Below, piece by piece: positions 1-7,960 of a DNA stretch of 13,606 nt (position 1 is the first letter of the stretch; each line of letters opens with the position of its first letter). A model generated the notes under the pieces. That model was not told the DNA's origin. It was given only the letters and a program-made list of their open reading frames with translations, and searched no databases. The position numbers and the translations under genes are program-made. Source of the DNA: Candidatus Thorarchaeota archaeon (GTDB lineage: Archaea; Asgardarchaeota; Thorarchaeia; Thorarchaeales; Thorarchaeaceae); assembly GCA_048884965.1 (NCBI GenBank), contig JBHLQH010000062.1, positions 1 to 13,606 of the forward strand, read 5' to 3'.

Positions 1-99
1 AACCTCCCAATCCTCATGGATTCACAAGTACAAGCATCAGACTCTCGCAAAGAGCGTGCAATCTCAAAAGAAGAAGTACTCGCGTTAGAAGCAACGTGA
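1..99 (+). CDS. 3' end of a CDS entering the window (NLPILMDSQVQASDSRKERAISKEEVLALEAT*), product unknown
   Basis: Frame 1 is open from base 1 to TGA at 97-99. It is followed by a palindrome and T-tract and converges on the next gene. Confidence 0.5.
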   Translation, partial: NLPILMDSQVQASDSRKERAISKEEVLALEAT

Positions 100-117
100 G
101 TACTCACCTCTATTTTT
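96..117. terminator. Putative terminator between convergent genes
   Basis: Perfect 12-bp palindrome GTGAGTACTCAC (96-107) followed by CTCTATTTTT. Confidence 0.35.
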
Positions 118-121
118 GAAT

Positions 122-1033
122 TTATGATCTCATTCTACCAATCCGACTCACAACATCATCGAGTCGATATCTCCAGAAGTATATGATGGAGAATATGAAA
201 AATCCAAGCGCAAAAAGCAATCCAATCGCCATATGCGTTGAATTCACGAATGATAAATCTGGACCTTGCATCCCAGTATCAAGAGCGAATTTCAGATTCT
301 CATTGAAGTAGTTCAGTAGTGTATGGGCTGTGATTGTACCTACCAGAGTTTTTCGAGCGGAATACCTATCATAGCAGATTCCAAAGACAGCTCCCAAGAT
401 TCCCGAAAATACTACCATTACTACTGCTTCGCCGACAGGGAATATCCCTGTTTCCATAGCTCTTTGGAATGGCCAAGTGATGTGCCAGACTCCAAAGATT
501 GCAGCTGAAATAAGTATCCCAGGAATGGACCCATATCGCGCAGCGAATGAGTTCTGAATTAGTCCGCGAAAGAGAGTTTCTTCATAGATTGCATTGACCG
601 CGAAGAAGAAGAACGTGTATACAAGCATTGCAGGCGCTGCGACAACTGAGAACTCTAAGGCTACCGTCGTGTCAATCGCAGCATATACGATAAATGACAG
701 CACATCTGTGGTAAGGTAGAGAGCAACTCCAAACAGAATCCCAAAGACAATAAATGATTTGACGTTATATCGGCTTAATCCCAATATCGATTCAGTTTCC
801 GCAGTCCTATATTTCAGAAACACTGTAACAAGAATGAGAAGAGGTATCAGTTTGCTTGGTAGAATATTGATCCAGTCATCTCCAAGTCCAAGCACAAAGA
901 TATCGATTACACGCATAACAGATCCAATGAAAAGCATAATTCCTGATAATGCAATGAGTCCCGTTCTCGTCCAGAACGGTGCTCTCACTGCTTTCTCTTC
1001 ATTCTCAGGAGTCATAGCTTCTAGTACGGTTAT
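122..1033 (-). CDS. CPBP family (CAAX protease II / Rce1 / Abi-like) intramembrane glutamic endopeptidase
   Basis: Multi-TM protein with all three CPBP motifs: YEETLFRG (EExxxR), FGVWH (FxxxH) and HTLLN (HxxxN). Start is uncertain: TTG 1054, ATA 1033 (7 nt after SD GGAGGT at 1046-1041) or ATG 1015. Confidence 0.9.
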   Translation of the reverse strand: MTVLEAMTPENEEKAVRAPFWTRTGLIALSGIMLFIGSVMRVIDIFVLGLGDDWINILPSKLIPLLILVTVFLKYRTAETESILGLSRYNVKSFIVFGILFGVALYLTTDVLSFIVYAAIDTTVALEFSVVAAPAMLVYTFFFFAVNAIYEETLFRGLIQNSFAARYGSIPGILISAAIFGVWHITWPFQRAMETGIFPVGEAVVMVVFSGILGAVFGICYDRYSARKTLVGTITAHTLLNYFNENLKFALDTGMQGPDLSFVNSTHMAIGLLFALGFFIFSIIYFWRYRLDDVVSRIGRMRS

Positions 1034-1086
1034 TTCAATTACCTCCGAGAGCAATATTGTATTCTTAAGAAGTGGTCATCTGTAAA

Positions 1087-1148
1087 CAATATAAGGTCAA
1101 CAAAATCAGAGCATCAGTTCGAATTTCGATTTCTTACTTGTTTAAATT
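1087..1148. promoter_or_regulatory. Divergent archaeal TATA boxes
   Basis: TTATATTG on the minus strand (1094-1087) upstream of CPBP, and TTTAAATT on the plus strand (1141-1148) upstream of the 7TM gene. Confidence 0.45.
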
Positions 1149-1196
1149 CTCCAGTACACACAACCAATGGAATTACTCAGAGCGATTTGAGGGATT

Positions 1197-1877
1197 ATGA
1201 TGCAAGTAATCGATCTTACCTCCCTATCCAGCTTCACTACGGCAATCATCACGTATCTTGCCAGTGTTTACCTATTCCGACTTTGGCATAGACAGCCCTC
1301 ACGAATGCATACTGACCTGCCGTTCATGTTCAGCTTGAGCTTTCTTGGTACAGGCAGCAATATGTTAGTCAACTCCATTCCCGGACTGTTGCAAATAGAG
1401 TACTCTTTTGCTCTCTTCCAACTCCGTGCAATAATCATATGCATCTCCATCATTCCCATGCTAGGGATGGTATTGCATATCTGGCTACCTCGATTCGCCA
1501 AGTGGCATTATCGAATCATGGCAGCAATTGTGGCATACTGGCTTGTAGTAGTTGCATTCGCTCCAGACGAGGCTCTCCTGATGACCCTTGTCGTGCCTGT
1601 GATGCTCTTCTTCACAGTCTGTCTTCTAGCCACCTTTGCAATTACTTGGAAGACAGGGCGTCTTGAGGAAGTACGTAGTGATCTCCTTGTATTTGGTCTA
1701 GTCATCGCACTATTCTCACAGGGTCTTAGAGTCACACTACTGAATGTAGGACTCAGTGTAGTAGGTGATATACTGAACCTCGTGATGTTGGCATGCATCT
1801 CACTGGCCTTGGTCAATCCATGGTACAGATCCGATACTCGACCAAAAGAGGAACCAATCGAAGCAGTGTTGTATTAG
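1197..1877 (+). CDS. Hypothetical 7-transmembrane protein, no cytoplasmic output domain
   Basis: 226 aa with seven hydrophobic segments by eye. SD-like GAGGGG precedes the ATG and a T-rich tract follows the stop. Confidence 0.8.
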   Translation: MMQVIDLTSLSSFTTAIITYLASVYLFRLWHRQPSRMHTDLPFMFSLSFLGTGSNMLVNSIPGLLQIEYSFALFQLRAIIICISIIPMLGMVLHIWLPRFAKWHYRIMAAIVAYWLVVVAFAPDEALLMTLVVPVMLFFTVCLLATFAITWKTGRLEEVRSDLLVFGLVIALFSQGLRVTLLNVGLSVVGDILNLVMLACISLALVNPWYRSDTRPKEEPIEAVLY

Positions 1878-1889
1878 AACCTGCTTCAA

Positions 1890-1905
1890 TCTCTTTTTTT
1901 CTCTT
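1890..1905 (+). terminator. Oligo-T archaeal terminator
   Basis: TCTCTTTTTTTCTCTT lies just after the 7TM stop and before the 3' end of the convergent tRNA. Confidence 0.5.
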
Positions 1906-1941
1906 CCCAGAGATAAAGTGGTGCCGAGGACGAGATTCGAA

Positions 1942-1973
1942 TTCGCGCCCCCAGTCTTTGAATTACTGGAGGT
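1942..1973 (-). other. tRNA intron at non-canonical position 53/54 in the T-arm (32 nt)
   Basis: Central helix CGCG/CGCG, bulge AG^A, 8-bp intron stem CCTCCAGT/ACTGGGGG with a 9-nt loop, and 3' site AA^T in a relaxed (BHL-like) loop. Excision restores GCGAG-TTCGAAT-CTCGT. Confidence 0.85.
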
Positions 1974-1998
1974 CTCGCGAACCCCTACGAGAGTGGAT

Positions 1999-2026
1999 TT
2001 CTCATCAGGGTTAAGCCTGCGTAGAT
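1999..2026 (-). other. tRNA intron at canonical position 37/38 (28 nt)
   Basis: Strict BHB: central helix CTCA/TGAG with bulges AG^A and AA^A, flanked by GGA/TCC and TC/GA. Confidence 0.9.
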
Positions 2027-2208
2027 CTTGAGTCCACCGCCGTTGACCGCTTGGCTACCTCGGCATTTGTAAGCACTCTGCTTGTGAACCCGAATGCAAT
2101 ATAGCCGTTTTGGCTGGACTATCCCTTCAAAGTTGGCGAGATTATAAGGCATTGTAAGAACTTCTCCTCAGAAGCGCCTAGCGCTAGTGTTTGATGGAGG
2201 CACATTGT

Positions 2209-2385
2209 GTGGAGCGACTACAACGTCTACGTCACGTGAGAGATGTCTATGATGCGGTTGAACCTGTTCCCTTAGGAGAATCGTCCGAGATATCGGACAG
2301 TGAGCTTCTCGAATACATTGCTTCCATCAAAGGCTACCTTTCAAGATTACATGTAGAGCTAGTTCATCTTCTTGAGCAAGCTTAA
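2209..2385 (+). CDS. Small hypothetical helical protein (58 aa, MERLQRLRHV...HLLEQA)
   Basis: SD GGAGG (2196-2200) lies 8 nt before GTG 2209, with TATA-like TTATAAG at 2142-2148. It has an amphipathic C-terminal helix and fills the gap before the hydrolase. Confidence 0.6.
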   Translation: MERLQRLRHVRDVYDAVEPVPLGESSEISDSELLEYIASIKGYLSRLHVELVHLLEQA

Positions 2386-2424
2386 GTGCATGTTCGTGCC
2401 TATTTCTACCTGCGGTGGTCGATA

Positions 2425-3210
2425 GTGCGTGAAGCCAGAATCAATGATGTTGTGCTGAAATATCGAATCGTGGGTGAAGGGCCTCCTATTCTTTTTGTAC
2501 ATGGGCTTGGTAGTGATATGAGAGGTTGGGAGTTCCAAGAGAAGTCTCTTTCCAAGCACTTCAAGGTTATATTGATTGACCAACGTGGTCACGGGCATTC
2601 TACTGGTCCCGGAATGGATATGATCTCAGCAGAGGTCTTTGCTGCAGACTTGAATGCCTTTCTTGAGCATCTCGAAATTGAGAGAGTATCAGTGATAGGT
2701 GCTTCAATGGGTGGTCTCATCTCACAGCAATTCGCGCTCGACTATCCCGAAAGGATTCACAAGCTAGTCCTGATTGATACCGGTCCTAAGATAACAGAGG
2801 AAACCATTGATGAAGTATATGGCTGGAGAGAGGCACAAGTCGAGGGTGGTGATGAAGCGTATTTCTGGGAGGCGACTAGAAGCTGCTATCCTGAAGAATT
2901 CATCCAACAGAACAAGGATACAATTGACTACCTTATGAGTCGTGAGAATCTACTCAATCCTGAAGGCGTCCTTGCAGCAGGTCTTGGTCTATCCTTGTTC
3001 AATGTTGAAGAGCGCTTACATGAGATCAAAGCACCGACTCTCATCATCCATGGGGCGGAGGACAAGGTCTTTGATGTAGCTCTCGCTCAATTAGCATCAA
3101 GTCGCATTCCAAACGCGAAATTAGTGCTTCTTCCTGGGTGTGGTCATGATCCGGGTGTTCAGATGACCAATGAGCTGAACCAGCTACTGATAGAATTTCT
3201 CTGCAAATAG
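2425..3210 (+). CDS. Alpha/beta fold hydrolase (enol-lactonase/esterase-like)
   Basis: FVHGLG oxyanion motif, DQRGHG, nucleophile elbow GASMGG, acid in GAEDKV and His in GCGH. Likely start is GTG 2425 after GCGGTGG; the ORF track starts at 2386. Confidence 0.92.
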   Translation: MREARINDVVLKYRIVGEGPPILFVHGLGSDMRGWEFQEKSLSKHFKVILIDQRGHGHSTGPGMDMISAEVFAADLNAFLEHLEIERVSVIGASMGGLISQQFALDYPERIHKLVLIDTGPKITEETIDEVYGWREAQVEGGDEAYFWEATRSCYPEEFIQQNKDTIDYLMSRENLLNPEGVLAAGLGLSLFNVEERLHEIKAPTLIIHGAEDKVFDVALAQLASSRIPNAKLVLLPGCGHDPGVQMTNELNQLLIEFLCK

Positions 3211-3233
3211 CTACAGGGAGCTAGAAAGGAAGA

Positions 3234-3524
3234 TTACCCTTCTTTGAGAAACGGTTTGATCTTGTCGTAAAAGTCAGCTAGGATCTTAGACTTATCATCT
3301 TCTGTTTCCAAGATGAACAATCTGATTTGCTGTCCTACTTTGATTTCTTTTATCAGACCCATATCCACAAGGGGCTGCATCACTCTATGAATAGTAGAAT
3401 GAGCTAGCTTGGTTTCCTTTGCGATTCTGCTTAGGTTAAAGAATTCCTTTGGCCTATCAAGAAAATGCTGTACGACTCTGGTTTGTGCACGCGATGCGAA
3501 TATTTGCTCTAGCAGTTCTTCCAC
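3234..3524 (-). CDS. Winged helix-turn-helix DNA-binding protein
   Basis: 96 aa with HTH NLSRIAKETKLAHSTIHRVMQPLVDMGLI and wing KEIKVGQQIRLF. SD GGGGGT, 13 bp downstream of the pyrH stop. Confidence 0.85.
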   Translation of the reverse strand: MEELLEQIFASRAQTRVVQHFLDRPKEFFNLSRIAKETKLAHSTIHRVMQPLVDMGLIKEIKVGQQIRLFILETEDDKSKILADFYDKIKPFLKEG

Positions 3525-3537
3525 TCATACTACCCCC

Positions 3538-4233
3538 TTATTCAGTAGCTTCATGTGTGACGACCGTGCCAATGTCTTCTCCATTCATCATCTTCCGGAG
3601 ATTATCTGGTTCCTGTCCGTTGAAAATGATGGTCTTGATCTTTGATCTTTCGACCACTCTGATGGCTACGGGGTCGAACAGCTTATACTCTCCAGCACGA
3701 GTACCGCCTCCAGAGAGCACTTCTTTGAGCTTCGATATGTGAATAGTCTCAAAACGCTTTGCGCCTGATTCTTTGGGGTCACGGTCGTATACCCCATCCA
3801 CATTTGTTGCATTGAGCAGTAGTTCGGCCTTTACTGACTCTGCAGCTAAAGCTGCGACTGCATTGGTCGACTGTCCTGGAGTCAGGCCACCCATTAGAAC
3901 AACTCTTCCTGTACAGGCAGCAATCTCAAGCTCATCCAGTGTTTCAGCAATCTTTGGGTACGCAAGATCTCCAAGAGCTGCGCACAGTAACTCGGCATTA
4001 TGGCGTGCGATCTTAATTCCGAGCCAGTCGCATTGTGCTTCACTCGCTCCAAGGGCTCTTGCCGCTGCAATGAAGGTCCTTGCTGGTCTTCCTCCTCCAA
4101 CTATCACCACAAATTGATGTCTTTTCGATGCGAGCTCTGTAATCACTCTGGCATAGTCCTGAATGCGTTTGATGATCACTTCATTCGCTTCATTGTAAAG
4201 GAGGGACCCTCCAAGTTTCAACACTACACGCAT
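3538..4233 (-). CDS. pyrH: Uridylate kinase (archaeal type)
   Basis: Amino-acid-kinase fold motifs VVLKLGGS, VGGGRPAR, MGGLTPGQSTNAVAA, ATNVDGVYDRDP and AGEYKLFDPVA. Confidence 0.96.
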   Translation of the reverse strand: MRVVLKLGGSLLYNEANEVIIKRIQDYARVITELASKRHQFVVIVGGGRPARTFIAAARALGASEAQCDWLGIKIARHNAELLCAALGDLAYPKIAETLDELEIAACTGRVVLMGGLTPGQSTNAVAALAAESVKAELLLNATNVDGVYDRDPKESGAKRFETIHISKLKEVLSGGGTRAGEYKLFDPVAIRVVERSKIKTIIFNGQEPDNLRKMMNGEDIGTVVTHEATE

Positions 4234-4458
4234 ATTGCGTCCCCAGCTCAGTATGTTTATACAATACTCCTGTGGGTGATTAAAGAAGCTTTCTTGATTA
4301 GACCAACCCGTCGAAATATCGACAATCGACCATCTATGTAGTTAATGGGGCAACTGAGGTGGAATTTGGTTCATCTCACTTTTGAAATCCGCATTGCTCT
4401 CACACCAGTTTATATGGGTATAACACCAAAACAGACTCACAACTAGTGGTGAACTATT

Positions 4459-5298
4459 ATGACATCAAGGAGGACGCTAATTGTTGTAGTAGCAATCGGG
4501 TTGCTACTTCTTGGAGCGACACCACGTTCTGTATCTGCCGAAATTACTGGAAACATCTACGACTTTAGTGCAGTATGGTTCAATCAGATATATCAAGTCG
4601 ATAATGCTATAGTCTTGGATGAGATACAGCAAGGAAGTTTCCGTATCAACGTTTACAATATCACCCCAAGTGACTTGTATGAGTATGCATTCACTGGAAT
4701 GAATTACCACCCCTACGGGTTCTCGCCTTACTATGATGAGTACAACGGAACTGTCGACTTTCAGGAGAACAAGGTGTACTTTGACCTTGACACGACTGAT
4801 GTTGATGAGGATGATCTTGCAGAGAACTATGACTTGGATATGTATCCATACTTCACTGAACATCATCCTGGGAGCATGTTCTTTGTCAATCCTGTATGGA
4901 GTACTCATAACACCGACTGGAATACTGCTGTCGATGATGCAGAAGCACTACCTGGTGTGACAAGTATCACCGAATCCAATAGCGATGGAAGCTTCTCCTT
5001 CGACATTATGATTGGTATCGAGTACAACCATTCTGATTACAACTATATGACCGGGACACAGTCTCTTACCTTTAATACAAATTATGACACTGATGGTGTC
5101 CTCTCTTCTTGGTCCCTTCGACAGGTTACTACCTCATCCAATGAGAATCATTCAATCATTCTTACTGTCAGCCAGAGCTTTACACGAGGTGGGGGAATTA
5201 TTGCTGGTGACCCCTCAATGAGCACAACGATCGTACTGGTTGGAGTTGCTGGCATTGGTGGCCTAATCCTTGGAATTGTGGTTGGTAAGAAGTACTAG
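4459..5298 (+). CDS. Secreted, C-terminally membrane-anchored acidic cell-surface (glyco)protein
   Basis: Signal peptide (MTSRR, hydrophobic core, VSA), Asp/Asn/Tyr/Thr-rich body and NxS/T sequons. C-terminal Gly-rich TM followed by KKY. SD GGTGA and TATA TTTATATG at about 4408-4415. Confidence 0.82.
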   Translation: MTSRRTLIVVVAIGLLLLGATPRSVSAEITGNIYDFSAVWFNQIYQVDNAIVLDEIQQGSFRINVYNITPSDLYEYAFTGMNYHPYGFSPYYDEYNGTVDFQENKVYFDLDTTDVDEDDLAENYDLDMYPYFTEHHPGSMFFVNPVWSTHNTDWNTAVDDAEALPGVTSITESNSDGSFSFDIMIGIEYNHSDYNYMTGTQSLTFNTNYDTDGVLSSWSLRQVTTSSNENHSIILTVSQSFTRGGGIIAGDPSMSTTIVLVGVAGIGGLILGIVVGKKY

Positions 5299-5314
5299 AC
5301 TATTGTTCTATTCA

Positions 5315-5338
5315 GGGTGAGTTCTAATGAGCTCACCC
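5315..5338 (+). terminator. Stem-loop downstream of the surface-protein gene
   Basis: GGGTGAGTTC-TAAT-GAGCTCACCC, a 10-bp stem with one G-U pair. Confidence 0.55.
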
Positions 5339-5465
5339 AAAGTTCCTCTCAGAATACCCAGATATGGTTAGCTAGACTTGTCCATAACCCTTTTAGGAGA
5401 GGCGAATTGTTCGAGAATAGAGCAGACACTTGTCCGCACCTTGTTGACATCAAGGAGAGGAAGTT

Positions 5466-7940
5466 TTGACGAGTAAATTCGAACCCGCAATCAAATCCAA
5501 GAGATGGAAACCACCAGCTGAAGAGGAATTACTTGAGCAGTGGAAAGAGAACTGGGTGTATGAGTTCAATCCCAACTCAGGGAAAGAGCTCTATAGCGTT
5601 GATACACCCCCACCATACCTTTCGGGCTATGCGCATCTGGGTCAATTGATACACTACACCCAAATCGATATGATCGCAAGATTCCGAAGCATGCAAGGTC
5701 TAGAGGTTAACTTCCCTCTGGGCATCGATCGAAATGGACTGCCAGTCGAATTGAGAGTTGAGAAAGAGTTCGGTATGGACATGCATACAACTCCAAGAGA
5801 TATATTCGTTGCAAAATGCAAGGAAACCCTCGATGGGTACGAGGACGAGATGGCTAGATGGTTTCAGCGACTTGGAATCGGATTCAATACCTATGGGAGA
5901 GACGGCAGCTATCAGACTGATAGCCCTGAGTATCGTGCAGTGACCCAAGCGACTTTCATTGATTTATGGAATAAGGGACTAGTCTATAGTGACTACAGAC
6001 CAAACAATTGGTGTTTTGAGTGTGGAACTACAATTGCTGATGCAGAGGTAGAGTATACTGAGAGACCTACCACCTTGAACTTTCTCCATTTCGAAGTAGA
6101 AGGGATGAAACCTATCAAGATCGCCACCACTCGCCCAGAGCTTCTCTGCGCTTGTGGAGCTGTATTCATTCATCCTGATGATGAGCGATACAAGGGATAT
6201 GGCGGAACGAAGGCAAGGGTTCCCTTGTTTGATATTGAAGTTCCCATCATAGAGAGCAACACTGCGCAGATGGATTTCGGAACTGGCGCTCTTATGGTAT
6301 GCAGCTATGGTGACATGGCTGATGTTATGGCATTTCGCGATCATGCCCTCACGCCAATTCAAGCAATCTCTCCAGATGGTAAGATGACTGAAGCTGCAGG
6401 TAAATTCGCCGGCATGAAGATAAGTGATGCAAAGAAAGCCATCACAAAAGAGCTCAAGGATCAGGGCATTCTCTATGACCTTCAAGATTCCATCCAACGA
6501 GTCCCTCTTTGTTGGAGAAGCAAGACCCCTATTGAGTTTCTTGCAATGGAAGAGTACTATCTCAAGCAGGTAGACTATCTTGATGAGCTGATGAAGATTG
6601 CGAAAGAAACGACGTTCTATCCTGATTACAATAGACAGATTCTCATTGATTGGATAAACCGGGTGACTGTAGACTGGCCCATCAGCAGGCGAAGATACTA
6701 TGGTACTGAGATACCTCTCTGGTACTGCAACTCCTGTAACGTGCCGGTTGTACCTGATACTAGGGAGATTCGATACTATCAACCATGGCGAGAGGACCCA
6801 CCTTTCTCCAAATGCCCAAAATGTGGAGCTAAGGACGGTTTTAGAGGAGAAGAACGGACATTCGATACATGGATGGATTCGTCTATTAGCGGTCTCCAGA
6901 TAATTGGTTACACCAAGGACGAGAAATTGTTCAAGAAGGCCTTTGGTTCCGTTATGAGACCCCAAGGCAAAGAGATTGTACGAACTTGGCTCTACTATTC
7001 CTTACTTAGAACCTATCAACTAATGAATCAACCCGCTTTCAAGGAGATCTGGGTTTCAGGTTTGGTGATGGATGAGAATGGTCAAAAAATGAGCAAATCC
7101 TTAGGAAACTCTCCTGATCCCGGCCCAATCGTTGATAGATATGGTGCAGATGCAATTAGGCTCTTTGGAGCTCTCGAAGCAGGACATGGAAGTGATCTTA
7201 GGTTCTCTGAGGATCGCCTTGCTGGTGTTTCTAAGTTCATGACCAAGCTTTGGAATGTAGCTCGTTTCATCTCTATGTTCCCATATCAAAAAGAACTAGA
7301 ATACAAAAAACTGATGCCTGTTGATCAATGGGTATTAGCTGAGTTGAACAAACTCATAGAAAGTGTAATACCTGAATGTGACAAACTTGATTTCCACAAA
7401 CCTGCAATGGAGATTAGGAGTTTCACTTGGAACTTCTTTGCAGATCATATCCTTGAGATGCTGAAAGGCCGTGCTTTCAATTCAGATGGTACGTTCACTG
7501 AGGAAGAGCAAAAATCAGCATGGAACGTTCTTCATGCGACTTTGGAAAGAATATTACTTGCGTTGGCTCCGATTACACCCTTTGTGACTGATCGCATATA
7601 CCGAGAGCTATACAATCCACAAGGCATTCATACCGAGATGTATCCTCAACCAATCGAAGGATGGAAGTCCAAGCTTTCAGACCATACCGATCTCCTCCTA
7701 AGGACGAATAGTGGTTTCTGGAAATTCAAACGCGAGAATGAACTTTCGTTACGAGCAGGGATTCCTGAAGCCTATATCTCTAAGGACTTGGAACCATGGG
7801 CTAGGGATCTTCAAGCAATGCATGGCATAGAGAATCTATACTTTGGCGTGCCAAAGGAGAAAGATTTCACAGAGGTCACCCTTCCCGACTCAGAAGAAGT
7901 GATCTACGTTAAGCCCCCAGAGGAAAGCAAGGAGGAGTAA
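5466..7940 (+). CDS. valS: Valine--tRNA ligase (archaeal type)
   Basis: DTPPPYLSGYAHLGQ (HIGH variant), ATTRPE editing domain, GTGALM, DWPISRRRYYG, DTWMDSS, KMSKSLGN, KLWNVARF and Zn knuckles. TTG start after GGAGAGG. Confidence 0.96.
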   Translation: MTSKFEPAIKSKRWKPPAEEELLEQWKENWVYEFNPNSGKELYSVDTPPPYLSGYAHLGQLIHYTQIDMIARFRSMQGLEVNFPLGIDRNGLPVELRVEKEFGMDMHTTPRDIFVAKCKETLDGYEDEMARWFQRLGIGFNTYGRDGSYQTDSPEYRAVTQATFIDLWNKGLVYSDYRPNNWCFECGTTIADAEVEYTERPTTLNFLHFEVEGMKPIKIATTRPELLCACGAVFIHPDDERYKGYGGTKARVPLFDIEVPIIESNTAQMDFGTGALMVCSYGDMADVMAFRDHALTPIQAISPDGKMTEAAGKFAGMKISDAKKAITKELKDQGILYDLQDSIQRVPLCWRSKTPIEFLAMEEYYLKQVDYLDELMKIAKETTFYPDYNRQILIDWINRVTVDWPISRRRYYGTEIPLWYCNSCNVPVVPDTREIRYYQPWREDPPFSKCPKCGAKDGFRGEERTFDTWMDSSISGLQIIGYTKDEKLFKKAFGSVMRPQGKEIVRTWLYYSLLRTYQLMNQPAFKEIWVSGLVMDENGQKMSKSLGNSPDPGPIVDRYGADAIRLFGALEAGHGSDLRFSEDRLAGVSKFMTKLWNVARFISMFPYQKELEYKKLMPVDQWVLAELNKLIESVIPECDKLDFHKPAMEIRSFTWNFFADHILEMLKGRAFNSDGTFTEEEQKSAWNVLHATLERILLALAPITPFVTDRIYRELYNPQGIHTEMYPQPIEGWKSKLSDHTDLLLRTNSGFWKFKRENELSLRAGIPEAYISKDLEPWARDLQAMHGIENLYFGVPKEKDFTEVTLPDSEEVIYVKPPEESKEE

Positions 7941-7960
7941 TCCTTCCTTGCCATCTTTTT
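7927..7960. terminator. Hairpin plus T-tract between convergent valS and OsmC genes
   Basis: GCAAGGAGGA-GTAA-TCCTTCCTTGC (one bulge) followed by CATCTTTTT. Confidence 0.55.

Larger units (their letters stand above)
1919..2064 (-). tRNA. trnL-CAA: tRNA-Leu(CAA) with two introns (1999-2026 at 37/38 and 1942-1973 at 53/54), CCA encoded
   Basis: Removing the 28-nt and 32-nt inserts gives an 86-nt class II cloverleaf. Acceptor GCCGAGG/CCTCGGC+ACCA, D-arm GCC-AAGCGGTCAAC-GGC, anticodon arm GTGGA-CTCAAGA-TCCAC, variable arm TCTCGTAGGGGTTC, T-arm GCGAG-TTCGAAT-CTCGT. TATA-like CTATATTG at 2104-2097. Confidence 0.93.

Noticed and set aside
1793-2014. 73-aa ORF containing WCRGRDSNSRP
   Set aside because: Typical translation of the antisense strand of a tRNA gene.
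5601-5680. ValRS HIGH motif reads HLGQ
   Set aside because: From memory, archaeal ValRSs of the H.G...HY.QIDMIAR type vary at this position. All other motifs are intact, so it is not evidence of inactivation or novelty.
5979-6965. 328-aa antisense ORF inside valS, plus the other overlapping ORFs in the track (e.g. 3773-4117, 4504-4908, 12565-12979, 13278-13556)
   Set aside because: These are shadow frames of well-supported genes with no recognisable motifs.
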